The notes below the pieces were generated by a model that worked only from the letters and a program-made list of their open reading frames with translations, was not told the DNA's origin and ran no database searches. The position numbers and the translations under genes were made by a program. Below, one piece after another: positions 43,624-53,895 of a stretch of 64,000 nt of DNA. Location of the stretch: assembly GCA_964640945.1 (NCBI GenBank), contig CAZXIV010000002.1, positions 368 to 64,367 on the forward strand. The letters run 5' to 3'. This stretch comes from an uncultured Candidatus Peribacteria bacterium (lineage in GTDB: Bacteria > Patescibacteriota > Gracilibacteria > Peribacterales > Peribacteraceae). How positions within the stretch are numbered: position 1 is the stretch's first letter; every line of letters begins with the position of its first letter.

Positions 43624-43734
43624 AGGATGAAAGTGGAAGAAGATAATCGTCTGAATTGTAGATTTGTAAAAACGGAACGACAAGGACCATTCCCAGTCCT
43701 CGACCGGGTTCTGGCTCGCCGGTACGATCACGCT

Positions 43735-44160
43735 GTGCCGCTCCTCACGGTCTCCCATCTCTCCCTAACGCTCGGCGGGCAGCAAATCCTGCACGATATC
43801 CGCCTGGAAGCGGAGGCCGGCGAAGTGGTGGGTCTCATCGGCCCCAACGGCTCGGGCAAGACGACGCTCTTCAACATCCTCTCGGGCTTCCTCCAACCCG
43901 ATAGCGGGACGGTGCATTTCCACGACCACGACATCACACGCCTCTCCCCCGCCAAGCGCGCGCGACTGGGCATCGGCCGCGTCTTCCAGAATTTCGGCAT
44001 CTTCCGCGAGATGACGCTCCGCGAGAACGTGCTGGTAGCGCTCGAAAGCTTAAGCAAAGAAGAGCGTTTCAAACTCGACGACCTGCACCACGCTGTCCAC
44101 GAAACGCTCAGCATGGTGGGCCTGGAGCACCACGCCAATAAGAAAGCGAACAGCCGCTAT
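43735..44160 (+). pseudogene. 3'-truncated LivG-like ABC ATPase remnant
   Basis: GTG 43735. 'GLIGPNGSGKTTLFNILSGF' (Walker A) and 'RVFQN' (Q-loop) are present. No LSGGQ signature or Walker B appears in any frame. Homology is lost near 44150, where hairpins and a terminator begin. Confidence 0.6.
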
Positions 44161-44191
44161 GACACCGGCGCGGTGTCGAACTCCCATCACA

Positions 44192-44224
44192 AACCCCTCT
44201 GCTCAGGCGGAGGGGTTCTTTTTT
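44192..44224 (+). terminator. rho-independent terminator
   Basis: AACCCCTC-loop-GAGGGGTT followed by CTTTTTT. Confidence 0.7.
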
Positions 44225-44243
44225 ATGCCAAAAAAACACGCGT

Positions 44244-44438
44244 AAAAAAAGCCCCTCTCAGGGCTTTCGGAGTCCGCGGCGCGAAAACCCGGATGATGAC
44301 GGCGCGGTCGATTGCGCCTGAGAGGGGGGGTCGGATCAGGCCGCCGAGGCGGCCTGACCTAAAGTTTATCGAGGAGCTTTTTCACCTCGATCTCCTTATG
44401 CTGGAGAAACTCCTGTTCCGGGCTACACACCCGGGAAC
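44244..44438 (-). ncRNA. candidate structured small RNA (~195 nt), family unknown
   Basis: Bounded by promoter 44445-44472 and a 3' long stem (44252-44262 pairs with 44317-44327) plus U-tract. Internal hairpins include GGTCAGGCCGCC-TCGG-GGCGGCCTGATC. No credible ORF. Confidence 0.5.
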
Positions 44439-44444
44439 AAGCTC

Positions 44445-44472
44445 ATTCTAACCAACCTTAGATACTTGTCAA
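44445..44472 (-). promoter_or_regulatory. near-consensus promoter TTGACA-N16-TAGAAT with an AT-rich upstream element
   Basis: Read on the minus strand just downstream of the pyrG stop. The hexamers are identical to those of the rplJ promoter. Confidence 0.6.
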
Positions 44473-44505
44473 TAGTTGATTATATTTTTAAATATACGTT
44501 AGGTT

Positions 44506-46248
<1,743 letters not shown>

Positions 46249-46500
46249 TCAGTAGATAAGGCGCAGGAGCGCGAAGAGACCAATACCCGCCCAGATGAGA
46301 TTAAGGAGAGCAGGCTGGAGATCACCCTTCGTGGTCGACACCGCGACAATGCCGAGCGCGCCGCTCACGTTGAGGATCTGGAAGGCCGCGCTGCCTGCGG
46401 GCAGGACCCCAAAGCTGACGAGGACGTACGCCCCGAGTAGGGCAAGGACGCCATACCAGCCGAGGACCTGCGCCAGCAGGCGGAAACGCGAGGGCTTCAT
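46249..46500 (-). CDS. small 3-TM membrane protein (CBU_0592-like)
   Basis: 83 aa. 'FQILNVSGALGIVAVSTTKGDLQPALLNLIWAGIGLFALLR'. Confidence 0.5.
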   Translation of the reverse strand: MKPSRFRLLAQVLGWYGVLALLGAYVLVSFGVLPAGSAAFQILNVSGALGIVAVSTTKGDLQPALLNLIWAGIGLFALLRLIY

Positions 46501-46844
46501 TTAATGGCCTTCTTCACGGCCTTCATCGCCTTCTTTCCTTCTTTCATGGCCTTCTTCTCGGCGTCTTTCATCATCGCGGCCACGTCGTCCTTAGCCTTCT
46601 CAAAGTAGTCCTTGGCGGCCACTTTCATCTTCTTCATATTGTCCTGGACCATGTCGCTGTCGACAAACTTTTTCACCTCGCCACCGATACGCTTGCCGTC
46701 ATGCTGGAGATGCTTGCTCAAAATCTTCCCCGCATCGTCGGCCGTCTTGGCCGAGGAGAGTTCCTTGCGGAGGTTCTCGTTGCTAAAGAGATAACCGGCC
46801 AGGGCGCCACCGAGAGCACCGAAGAGGAGAGACGCTTTACGCAT
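46497..46844 (-). CDS. YtxH-domain protein
   Basis: 115 aa. 'LLFGALGGALAGYLFS' N-terminal helix followed by a Lys/Asp-rich amphipathic region. Confidence 0.65.
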   Translation of the reverse strand: MRKASLLFGALGGALAGYLFSNENLRKELSSAKTADDAGKILSKHLQHDGKRIGGEVKKFVDSDMVQDNMKKMKVAAKDYFEKAKDDVAAMMKDAEKKAMKEGKKAMKAVKKAIK

Positions 46845-46984
46845 AGGGAGAGAGGGGAAAAGAAAAACAATCGGACCCTATCATAGACGGACGAAAGTCT
46901 CACTTCTTTCCCAGGACAGTTGGCGCCCGATAGTGGCGTCGCTGACGATTGACAGTTACCTCAGAAAAGTTTTTGATTGGCACA

Positions 46985-48016
46985 ATGACTAATCGTGAAA
47001 CGTTCGGCGTAGAAGAGGTGGCAGCGATCGCCGAGGTGGCGCTGGATCCGGCGCTGCTCGCCACGAAGATCACACTGCGAACCATCAAGAAGAAGCACCC
47101 CGAGCTGGCGTTCCATCTGGCCGAATGCTTGTGCGCGCTGTGCGGTGCGCGCGATACCAAGCTCAAGCCAGCGACGCCGAACGAGTTCCATTACGTGATG
47201 GGCAATCTGGCGGCGATCGACTTGGGCGTGCCCGGCGATAAGAAGGAGGCAGGTTACGTCGACGGCTGCCTCGCCTCGCTGGCCGATTGCACGGAGGGCG
47301 AACGTTCGTCGAACTGGCAGCGCATGCGCCGGCTCTTGGCCCAAGGGCGGGAGCATGGCGGCAGCCGCGGCCGCGAGGGCTCGGTGGCGACCTTCGACGG
47401 CGAGAAGCGGAAGGAGACCAAGCGGCAGACCAACGACCTCCGCACACTGGTCGATATGCTCGCAATCAACGTGCCGGTCGGCATCGACCTGCTCGGCAAG
47501 CCGCCGTTCGAGCGCATCCAGACCCTCCCCATTGAGCAGCCGATCACGATCAGCTTCGGCGAAGGTAAAGATGAGGAGACAATGCGCATCGCTACCGACC
47601 GCCGCCGCCACAGCTGCGTCACCTGGGCGATGCACGAAGAGGGTTACCGCGAAGTGATGCAAGACAGCATAGACGATGACGATATGGCGTTCGTCGGCGA
47701 GGCCTACCACCTCGACCGCTGGTTCGGGCACTCGTTCCGGAACCACATACCCCTGCCCACGACCATGAACCTCGGCGAGCAGCCGACGGCATCGTGGCTC
47801 TCGATCGTGCGCAGGCGCGGCCGCATCGCCCTGCTGCTGCGCCGCCCGCGCGGCATCGTGACGGTGGAGCAAGGCGACAATATCTGGCGCTACGACCCCA
47901 CCGCGGCCCACGGCGACACGTTCGGCACAACGGCGCATGAATCGTTGAAAGAGCGGCTCAATTATCTAGAGCTGCCCGACGAGAACGATGAGGAGGATAC
48001 CGTCCTCGAGCCCTGA
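46985..48016 (+). CDS. hypothetical protein, no recognisable domain
   Basis: Start at ATG 46985 inside track ORF 46949..48016. High third-position GC and a balanced composition support this strand over the antisense ORF 46961..47938. Confidence 0.5.
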   Translation: MTNRETFGVEEVAAIAEVALDPALLATKITLRTIKKKHPELAFHLAECLCALCGARDTKLKPATPNEFHYVMGNLAAIDLGVPGDKKEAGYVDGCLASLADCTEGERSSNWQRMRRLLAQGREHGGSRGREGSVATFDGEKRKETKRQTNDLRTLVDMLAINVPVGIDLLGKPPFERIQTLPIEQPITISFGEGKDEETMRIATDRRRHSCVTWAMHEEGYREVMQDSIDDDDMAFVGEAYHLDRWFGHSFRNHIPLPTTMNLGEQPTASWLSIVRRRGRIALLLRRPRGIVTVEQGDNIWRYDPTAAHGDTFGTTAHESLKERLNYLELPDENDEEDTVLEP

Positions 48017-50383
48017 TCAGGCGGACCGGAAGGCTTTGAGCTGCACGGTCGTGAGAATCTCTTTGAGTTGTTCGTCGCTGGCGGACTGAGCGCCTTGGAG
48101 CGAACCGAATTTCTTGAGCAGTGCCGCCGCTGTCACCGGCCCGATGCCGGGGATGGTGGGCAAGCGCGAGGCTACCATCTTGGCACTGAGGCGACCCTCA
48201 CGGTGGCGGTTGGCGAAGCGGTGCGCTTCGTCGCGTAAACGCCGGAGGAGGATGTGGGCCGGGCTATCGGAGGCCATCGCCAGCGGCGTGCTGCTGCCGC
48301 GGGTGAATACTTCTTCTTCGCGCTTGGCCAAGCTTAAAAGGGCGATAGGCAGACCAGTGCGTTCCAGTTCGATTTCAACCGCGTGCAGCTGACCGAGGCC
48401 GCCATCAATCAGAATGATGTCGGGCATCTTCGCCAGCGAAGCATCGGCCTTGTGCTCGTCGGCCTGCCAAACCATCGGACAGAGCGGCGGTTCGTCGGGG
48501 TGCGTCTCGCGGTACGCGCGCTCAGCCTCCACCACGGCTTCTGGGGGTTTAAGAATGTGGCGGAAGCCAACCTGCATATAGAAGCCCTGTAGGGCCTCTT
48601 CGCAGTGAAGATAGACTTTTTTCGCTTTCGTCTTGGAGAGTGCAAAGCGAACGAGCGCCAGGCCAAGCTTGGCACCACGCTCCGACGGAATCACAAGCAG
48701 GGAACGCAGCCCCGTAAAGCCGCCCGGGAAGACACCCACCCGCACGATGCCCACCACCGCCTCGCCGCGGATGGCCACAACCCCTTCTTTGTACAAGAGC
48801 GGATCGGTAGTGGTTGAACCGTCGGCTGCACGCAGCGCCGTGATCGCTGCCTGGTCCGCCTTTACGGCTTTACGAAGCACAATCCCCCGTTCGGCCCAGC
48901 GCTGCGCCTCACCCTTCATGCCGCCGGTCAGGTGCCTAAAGCGCCGACGCAGCACTTCCTGCAAGGAGCGATAATCGTCGATATCTCCGGACTTAAGCGT
49001 CTGGACCGTAAATGAGCGGTAGTGCTCGCGCTTCGGTTTGCCGTTCTCGAACACCACCATGCTGCCTACGGTCTCGGTGCCGCCGAGGTGGCTGATGTCG
49101 TAACACTCGATGCGGCTGGGCGGCCCAGGTAAAGAAAGAAATGATTGCAGCTCGGCGGCGGCACTCTGGGTGTTGCGGATTTCGGCCTCCCACTTCGCCT
49201 CCTGCTGCGTCACCTTCTGCCGGGCATTGCTCATGGCCACGTCGAGCAGCTGGGTTTTCTGGCCACGCGCGGGCACGCGCACCTCCACCTTCCGGCCGGC
49301 GCGCTCGCCGAGCCAAGCCGAGAGCGTGGCTGCACTCTCGATCTCTTCGGGCAGGAGGATGAGCGAGGGGAACGTGGGCACGTCGCTGTAGTAGAGGGGC
49401 AGAAACTGCTCGAGCGCTTCCTGCACCGTCTCGGGTTGGCCGCTCAAGGCCGTGGCGATCTCGCCCATAACCTTGCCGTTACGCTTCTGCAGCACCACCA
49501 CTTGGCAGCGGCCGGCCATGAGGGCGATGCCGACGGCGTCAGTATCTTCGCCGGAGGTATCGGACACTACCTGCTCCTCGGCTAGCGATGTGATGCGCTG
49601 GAGCTGGTCACGGTACTGGGCGGCCGTCTCGAACTGCTTGGCCACCGCGGCCTCCTGCATCTTCACTTTAAGGAGCTGCGTGACGGGACCGAGCTCCCCT
49701 CTCCAAAAACGGATGACGGGCTCGATGCACTGCTCTTTATACTGCGCGGGCGTGAGCGAACCGATGCAGGGCGCTCTACATTGCTGCATGTGATAATCCA
49801 GGCAGGGCACGGGGCGGTCGCGGTGCATGCACACCACCTCGAGCGGGATGGTCGTACCGGCACCCTCGGCCGGCTCGATCGTCATCTTGCAGTTGCGGAA
49901 GCGGTAGAGCTTGCGAAGCACGGCCAGTACCTCGTACACCTGCCAGGCCGCAGGCTTGGGGCCGAAGTAGAGCGCACCATCCTCTTCGATCTGTCGGACA
50001 ACATCGATGCGGGGGTAGGTGTGATTGCTGATCCGCACGTAGACGTAGTTCTTGCCGTCCTTCATTAGGACGTTGTATTTGGGGCGATGCTCCTTGATGA
50101 GGTTCGTCTCCAGCACCAGCGCCTCAAGCTCGGTACGCACGACAGTCAGATCAAAGTCGCGTACTTGGCGCACGAGCGACTCTTTCCAGGGGCCAAGCTT
50201 GGCGCCGGGCGCAACGTAACTGCGCAGACGCTGGCGCAGGTCTTTGGCTTTGCCGACGTAAAGGATCTCACCCTCGCTGCCGAGCCAACGGTAGACGCCC
50301 GGGCCGGTGGGGGCCTGGCCGATGCGCTGGCGCAGCTTCAGTAAGACCGGCGAAGAGGGTTCCGGGCGAGGCACGGCCCCCAT
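48017..50383 (-). CDS. uvrC: excinuclease ABC subunit C with an inserted GNAT-like domain
   Basis: 788 aa. GIY-YIG ('GVYRWLGSEGEILYVGKAKDLRQRLRSY'), UVR ('AAQYRDQLQRI'), 'IECYDISHLGG', 'PDIILIDGGLGQL' and (HhH)2 ('IPGIGPVTAAALLKKFGS'). About 165 extra aa lie between 'VLRRRF' and 'PDIILIDGG'. Confidence 0.9.
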   Translation of the reverse strand: MGAVPRPEPSSPVLLKLRQRIGQAPTGPGVYRWLGSEGEILYVGKAKDLRQRLRSYVAPGAKLGPWKESLVRQVRDFDLTVVRTELEALVLETNLIKEHRPKYNVLMKDGKNYVYVRISNHTYPRIDVVRQIEEDGALYFGPKPAAWQVYEVLAVLRKLYRFRNCKMTIEPAEGAGTTIPLEVVCMHRDRPVPCLDYHMQQCRAPCIGSLTPAQYKEQCIEPVIRFWRGELGPVTQLLKVKMQEAAVAKQFETAAQYRDQLQRITSLAEEQVVSDTSGEDTDAVGIALMAGRCQVVVLQKRNGKVMGEIATALSGQPETVQEALEQFLPLYYSDVPTFPSLILLPEEIESAATLSAWLGERAGRKVEVRVPARGQKTQLLDVAMSNARQKVTQQEAKWEAEIRNTQSAAAELQSFLSLPGPPSRIECYDISHLGGTETVGSMVVFENGKPKREHYRSFTVQTLKSGDIDDYRSLQEVLRRRFRHLTGGMKGEAQRWAERGIVLRKAVKADQAAITALRAADGSTTTDPLLYKEGVVAIRGEAVVGIVRVGVFPGGFTGLRSLLVIPSERGAKLGLALVRFALSKTKAKKVYLHCEEALQGFYMQVGFRHILKPPEAVVEAERAYRETHPDEPPLCPMVWQADEHKADASLAKMPDIILIDGGLGQLHAVEIELERTGLPIALLSLAKREEEVFTRGSSTPLAMASDSPAHILLRRLRDEAHRFANRHREGRLSAKMVASRLPTIPGIGPVTAAALLKKFGSLQGAQSASDEQLKEILTTVQLKAFRSA

Positions 50384-50535
50384 CGTAGCGCATCAACCGG
50401 CTCCATTCCGAGTGGCCACCCAACCACCATCGCCCTTCCCTTGACTGGAAATTAGGGTTGGAGGACGCTTGGCCGGCTTAGATGCCGACTCGACCAGCCG
50501 GCGCCTCCCTTCCTAGTTTCCTCCCCCTCTCTGGT

Positions 50536-52617
50536 ATGACGAATACCCTAACGCTTGAGTTATTTGCGCCCGTGATCGCGCTTATCTCTCTCCTCTTCGC
50601 TTGGGCCTTTTGGCACCAGGTAGGACGGGGCGGGAACGGCACCCCCGGCATGCAGAAGGTGGCCGCCGCTATCCACACCGGCGCCCGCGCCTTCATTAAG
50701 CGCCAATACACGACCATCGCCATCCTCTCGGTGGCCGTCGGCGCCGCGATGTTCATCGGTTACGCCCTCGGTGGCGATATGACCAAGGGCATCCAACTCT
50801 CCAGCTCCTTCCTCCTCGGCGCTCTCTTCTCCGGTGTCGCCGGCGTGGTGAGCATGGTGGTCGCCACCAAGGCCAACCTCAAGACGGCCTCAGCCGCGAC
50901 GCATAGCCTCAACGCGGCGCTCAAGATGTCGCTTCGCAGCGGCACGGTCTCGGCCATCGTTATCATCGCCCTGTCCATCATCGGACTCGGCGGCTTGTTC
51001 CTCTACTACCACCTCTACATCGGTCTGGATCCTTCGGCCATCCCCGGCTTGATCGTCGGTTACGGCTTTGGCGCCAGCTTCGTTGCTCTCTTCGCCCAGC
51101 TGGGCGGCGGCATCTACACCAAGGCCGCTGACGTGGGCGCCGACCTTGTCGGCAAGATCGAGGCCGGCATCCCCGAGGATGATCCTCGCAACCCCGCCGT
51201 TATCGCCGACCTCGTCGGTGACAACGTTGGTGACTGCGCTGGGCGCGGCGCCGACCTCTTCGAATCTATTGTCGCAGAAAATGTCGGCGCCATGGTCCTC
51301 GGCGTCGTCCTCTACACGCAGTTCGGTATCAACGGTGTCCTCTTCCCGCTCATCATCGGCGCCATCGGCCTGATCGCCTCTATCGGCGGCGTGCTCGTGG
51401 TCCGCCACCAGGGAAAGGAGACGCCCATGCAGTCCATGCTCAAAGGTTTCTGGCTCACAACCATCGTCACGAGCATCGCCCTCGTCGGCTGCTGCTGGTG
51501 GCTCCTGAACACCGGCACGGACGGCTGGAAGTGGTTTGCCGCCGCCGGTATGAGCGGCGTCGCCGCTTCGGTCGCCTTCGTCTACCTCACCGATTACTAC
51601 ACCGGTAAGAACTACCGCCCGGTGAAGTCCATTGCCGACGCTTCGGCCACGGGCCACGCCACAAACATCATCGCCGGCACAGCTGTCGGCATGGAATCGA
51701 CGCTCCTCTCGGTGCTCACGGTGTGCGCCGCTCTCTTCACCTCCTTCTGGTTCGGTGAACAGACCGGCATCGACCAGGGCGGCCTCTACGGCACGGCCGT
51801 GGCCACCATGGGCATGCTCGCCGCTGTTGGCTACATCCTGGCGATGGATATGTTCGGCCCGATCACCGATAACGCTGGCGGCATCGTTGAGATGTCCAAC
51901 AGCCCCGAGGCCGTCCGCAACGTCACCGACGAACTCGACGCCACGGGTAACACCACCAAGGCCCTCACGAAGGGCTACGCCGTGGGTTCGGCCGCTCTCG
52001 CCGCTTTCCTCCTCTTCTCCGCTTACCAGGCCGAAGTGAACCTCACGTCGGTCGACATCACGAAGATCCCCGTCTTCATCGGCGGCTTCCTCGGCGCCAT
52101 GACGATCTTCTTCTTCACCTCGCTCACGGTCCGCGCTGTGGGCCGCGCCGCCGGCGTGATTGTAGAAGAGGTCCGCCGCCAGTTCCGCGAGAAGACCGGC
52201 ATCATGGCCGGTACGGAAGAGCCCGACTACGCCGCCGCCGTGGACATCGCCACCAAGAGCGCGCTCCGCGAGATGATCCTCCCCGGCATCGTCGCCATCG
52301 CCGCTCCGATCCTCGTCGGTTTGTTCTTCAAGATGCAGGGTGTGGGTGCTGAGGCCGTCGCTGGCTTCCTCATCGTCGGCACAATCGTCGGCATGATCAT
52401 GGCCTGCTACCTCAATAACGCCGGTGGCGCCTGGGACAACGCCAAGAAGCTCATCGAAACCGGGTATTTGGGCGGCAAGAAGAGCCCCGCTCACCAGGCT
52501 GCCGTCACCGGCGACACCGTCGGCGACCCCTTCAAGGACACGGCCGGCCCGAGCCTGCACGTGCTCATCAAGCTGTTCTCGACGCTCACGCTGGCCCTGG
52601 CCTCGTTGTTCATCTGA
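50536..52617 (+). CDS. hppA: membrane-bound proton/sodium-translocating pyrophosphatase
   Basis: Start at ATG 50536. '[54 protein letters not shown]' and '[16 protein letters not shown]' are hallmark motifs. Confidence 0.95.
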   Translation: MTNTLTLELFAPVIALISLLFAWAFWHQVGRGGNGTPGMQKVAAAIHTGARAFIKRQYTTIAILSVAVGAAMFIGYALGGDMTKGIQLSSSFLLGALFSGVAGVVSMVVATKANLKTASAATHSLNAALKMSLRSGTVSAIVIIALSIIGLGGLFLYYHLYIGLDPSAIPGLIVGYGFGASFVALFAQLGGGIYTKAADVGADLVGKIEAGIPEDDPRNPAVIADLVGDNVGDCAGRGADLFESIVAENVGAMVLGVVLYTQFGINGVLFPLIIGAIGLIASIGGVLVVRHQGKETPMQSMLKGFWLTTIVTSIALVGCCWWLLNTGTDGWKWFAAAGMSGVAASVAFVYLTDYYTGKNYRPVKSIADASATGHATNIIAGTAVGMESTLLSVLTVCAALFTSFWFGEQTGIDQGGLYGTAVATMGMLAAVGYILAMDMFGPITDNAGGIVEMSNSPEAVRNVTDELDATGNTTKALTKGYAVGSAALAAFLLFSAYQAEVNLTSVDITKIPVFIGGFLGAMTIFFFTSLTVRAVGRAAGVIVEEVRRQFREKTGIMAGTEEPDYAAAVDIATKSALREMILPGIVAIAAPILVGLFFKMQGVGAEAVAGFLIVGTIVGMIMACYLNNAGGAWDNAKKLIETGYLGGKKSPAHQAAVTGDTVGDPFKDTAGPSLHVLIKLFSTLTLALASLFI

Positions 52618-52625
52618 GATCAAAG

Positions 52626-52657
52626 AAAAAGCCCTCCGCGCTGCGGAGGGCTTTTTT
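52626..52657. terminator. bidirectional rho-independent terminator
   Basis: AAAAA-GCCCTCCGC-GCT-GCGGAGGGC-TTTTTT. Confidence 0.85.
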
Positions 52658-52686
52658 GTTACTGGCGCGCCTGCGAGTGGCAGGCG

Positions 52687-52830
52687 TTACCCGCGGACAA
52701 TGGGCACAAACTTCACAAGCATGTACCGAGGATGCTCCTTGAGCCATTGCCGATGGTCCGGGGCTTCCCGGTAGGCGATGAACAGAAGGACGGCCATCAG
52801 GATGCCTAAGGCCAGGGTCAGACTTCTCAT
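52687..52830 (-). CDS. small single-TM peptide, 47 aa (below ORF-track cutoff, speculative)
   Basis: ATG 52830 gives MRSLTLALGILMAVLLFIAYREAPDHRQWLKEHPRYMLVKFVPIVRG, with TAA 52687-52689, and ends just before the bidirectional terminator. Only a weak purine-rich element lies upstream. Confidence 0.3.
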   Translation of the reverse strand: MRSLTLALGILMAVLLFIAYREAPDHRQWLKEHPRYMLVKFVPIVRG

Positions 52831-53020
52831 GACGGGACCTTTCTTTAAAACAATTCCGGGTATCCGAACTAAAACTCACTCTAGGCTTTTTGGGTGATAT
52901 GTCAATTATACTTAACTAGAAAGACCCTAGCCACGCATTGCGTGATCTCGCCGATAGAAAAGGCGGGCGGATCGACCCGGTCGGGGGCTTTCTCCCTAGA
53001 TCACGCGACGTCGACTGCGC

Positions 53021-53049
53021 TTGACCCCTCTTCTTCATTCCCGTACTCT
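53021..53049 (+). promoter_or_regulatory. promoter TTGACC-N17-TACTCT for rplY
   Basis: The -10 ends 8 nt before ATG 53058, so the leader is very short or absent. Confidence 0.5.
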
Positions 53050-53057
53050 CCGGGCCC

Positions 53058-53726
53058 ATGGAACTCACTCTCTCCGCCACCACCCGCGACTCGGCCGTGA
53101 AGGCCAAAGTCATCCGCCGCACGGGCCGCGTGCCCGGCGTCGTCTACGGCAACAAGGTCGCCACCCTCACCTTCGAATGCGATGAGGCAGCCGTCACCCG
53201 CGCCTACGCCAAGGCTGGCGAGAACACGCTCGTCGAGCTCGACCTGAGCGGCAAGAAGACGCCCGTCCTGTTCCACGGCGTCCAGTTCCACCCGGTGACC
53301 GACAAAGTAGTCCACGTCGACTTCTACGCCGTCGACCTGACCAAGGAAATCGAGGTCCCCGTGCCCGTCCACATCACCGGCGAGTCGCTCGCGGTAAAGG
53401 AACTCAACGGCGTCCTCGTCACCCCTCTCGACCACGTCACCGTCCGCTGCCTCCCCACGGCCCTGCCCAAGGAGTTCATCGTCGACATCTCCTCGCTCAC
53501 AGAGCTCCACTCCAGCCTCACCGTCGCCAGCCTTAAGGTGCCGGCCGGCGTTACAATCGTGAATGATCCGGCTGACGCCCTCGTGCTTGTGCAGGAGAAG
53601 CGTATCGAAGTCGAAGAGACGCCTGTCACCGCCCCCGCCGAAGGCGAGGCTGCTGCTGGCGCCGAGGGTGCCCCAGCCGCCGATGGTGCCGCGCCCGCAG
53701 GAGAGAAGAAGGAAGAGAAGAAGTAA
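53058..53726 (+). CDS. rplY: 50S ribosomal protein L25/general stress protein Ctc
   Basis: 222 aa. 'RRTGRVPGVVYGN', 'HPVTDKVVHVDFYAV', a second beta-barrel domain and an acidic/Ala-rich tail. Confidence 0.9.
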   Translation: MELTLSATTRDSAVKAKVIRRTGRVPGVVYGNKVATLTFECDEAAVTRAYAKAGENTLVELDLSGKKTPVLFHGVQFHPVTDKVVHVDFYAVDLTKEIEVPVPVHITGESLAVKELNGVLVTPLDHVTVRCLPTALPKEFIVDISSLTELHSSLTVASLKVPAGVTIVNDPADALVLVQEKRIEVEETPVTAPAEGEAAAGAEGAPAADGAAPAGEKKEEKK

Positions 53727-53748
53727 TCTCCATCCCATCGCATCTCAA

Positions 53749-53772
53749 AGAGGGCAGAAGCCCTCTTTTTTG
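53749..53772 (+). terminator. rho-independent terminator after rplY
   Basis: AGAGGGC-AGAA-GCCCTCT followed by TTTTTT. Confidence 0.8.
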
Positions 53773-53835
53773 TTTCTAAGATAAGAGTTGTTCTCAGGCG
53801 AAACAGAACCAACCGTACGGCTTGAGCAACATCTT

Positions 53836-53869
53836 CCCCCTCCTGAAGGGAGGGGGTTAGGGGGAGGGC
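53836..53869. repeat. left G/C-rich inverted repeat flanking the DUF559 gene
   Basis: CCCCCTCCTGAAGGGAGGGGGTTAGGGGGAGGGC is itself a hairpin. It closely matches the reverse complement of 54267-54299. Confidence 0.7.
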
Positions 53870-53895
53870 ATATAAAGCTAAGTAGCATCAGCCTT

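Noticed and set aside
42592-43734. 5' two-thirds of the 619-aa plus-strand track ORF 42592..44451
   Set aside because: This part is antisense to the substrate-binding lipoprotein gene and has no homology. Only the segment from GTG 43735 shows ABC-ATPase motifs. The tail beyond about 44160 runs through hairpins and terminators.
44244-44438. Assigning the candidate RNA to SRP (4.5S) or 6S RNA
   Set aside because: AGGTCAGG resembles the start of the SRP domain IV motif, but the GGAA tetraloop and AGCA/GGAAGCAGC internal-loop sequence are absent and the hairpin is fully paired with a UCGG loop. I also could not pair the 5' and 3' ends into a 6S-like closing stem with a central bubble. The family is left unknown.
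46961-47938. 325-aa minus-strand ORF overlapping the orphan gene 46985..48016
   Set aside because: Its Arg/Ala/His/Val-rich composition is typical of antisense frames. The plus-strand frame carries the expected GC-rich third codon positions and a promoter-like element. The choice rests on composition only, so some doubt remains.
50890-52623. 577-aa minus-strand ORF
   Set aside because: Antisense to the pyrophosphatase gene. The Gly/Asp/Arg/Ala-rich low-complexity translation mirrors the hppA codons, and there is no start context.
52941-53005. tRNA-like element (7-bp terminal stem GCGTGAT...ATCACGC)
   Set aside because: The interior cannot be folded into D, anticodon and T arms. There is no TTCGA-type T-loop and no 5-bp/7-nt anticodon arm.
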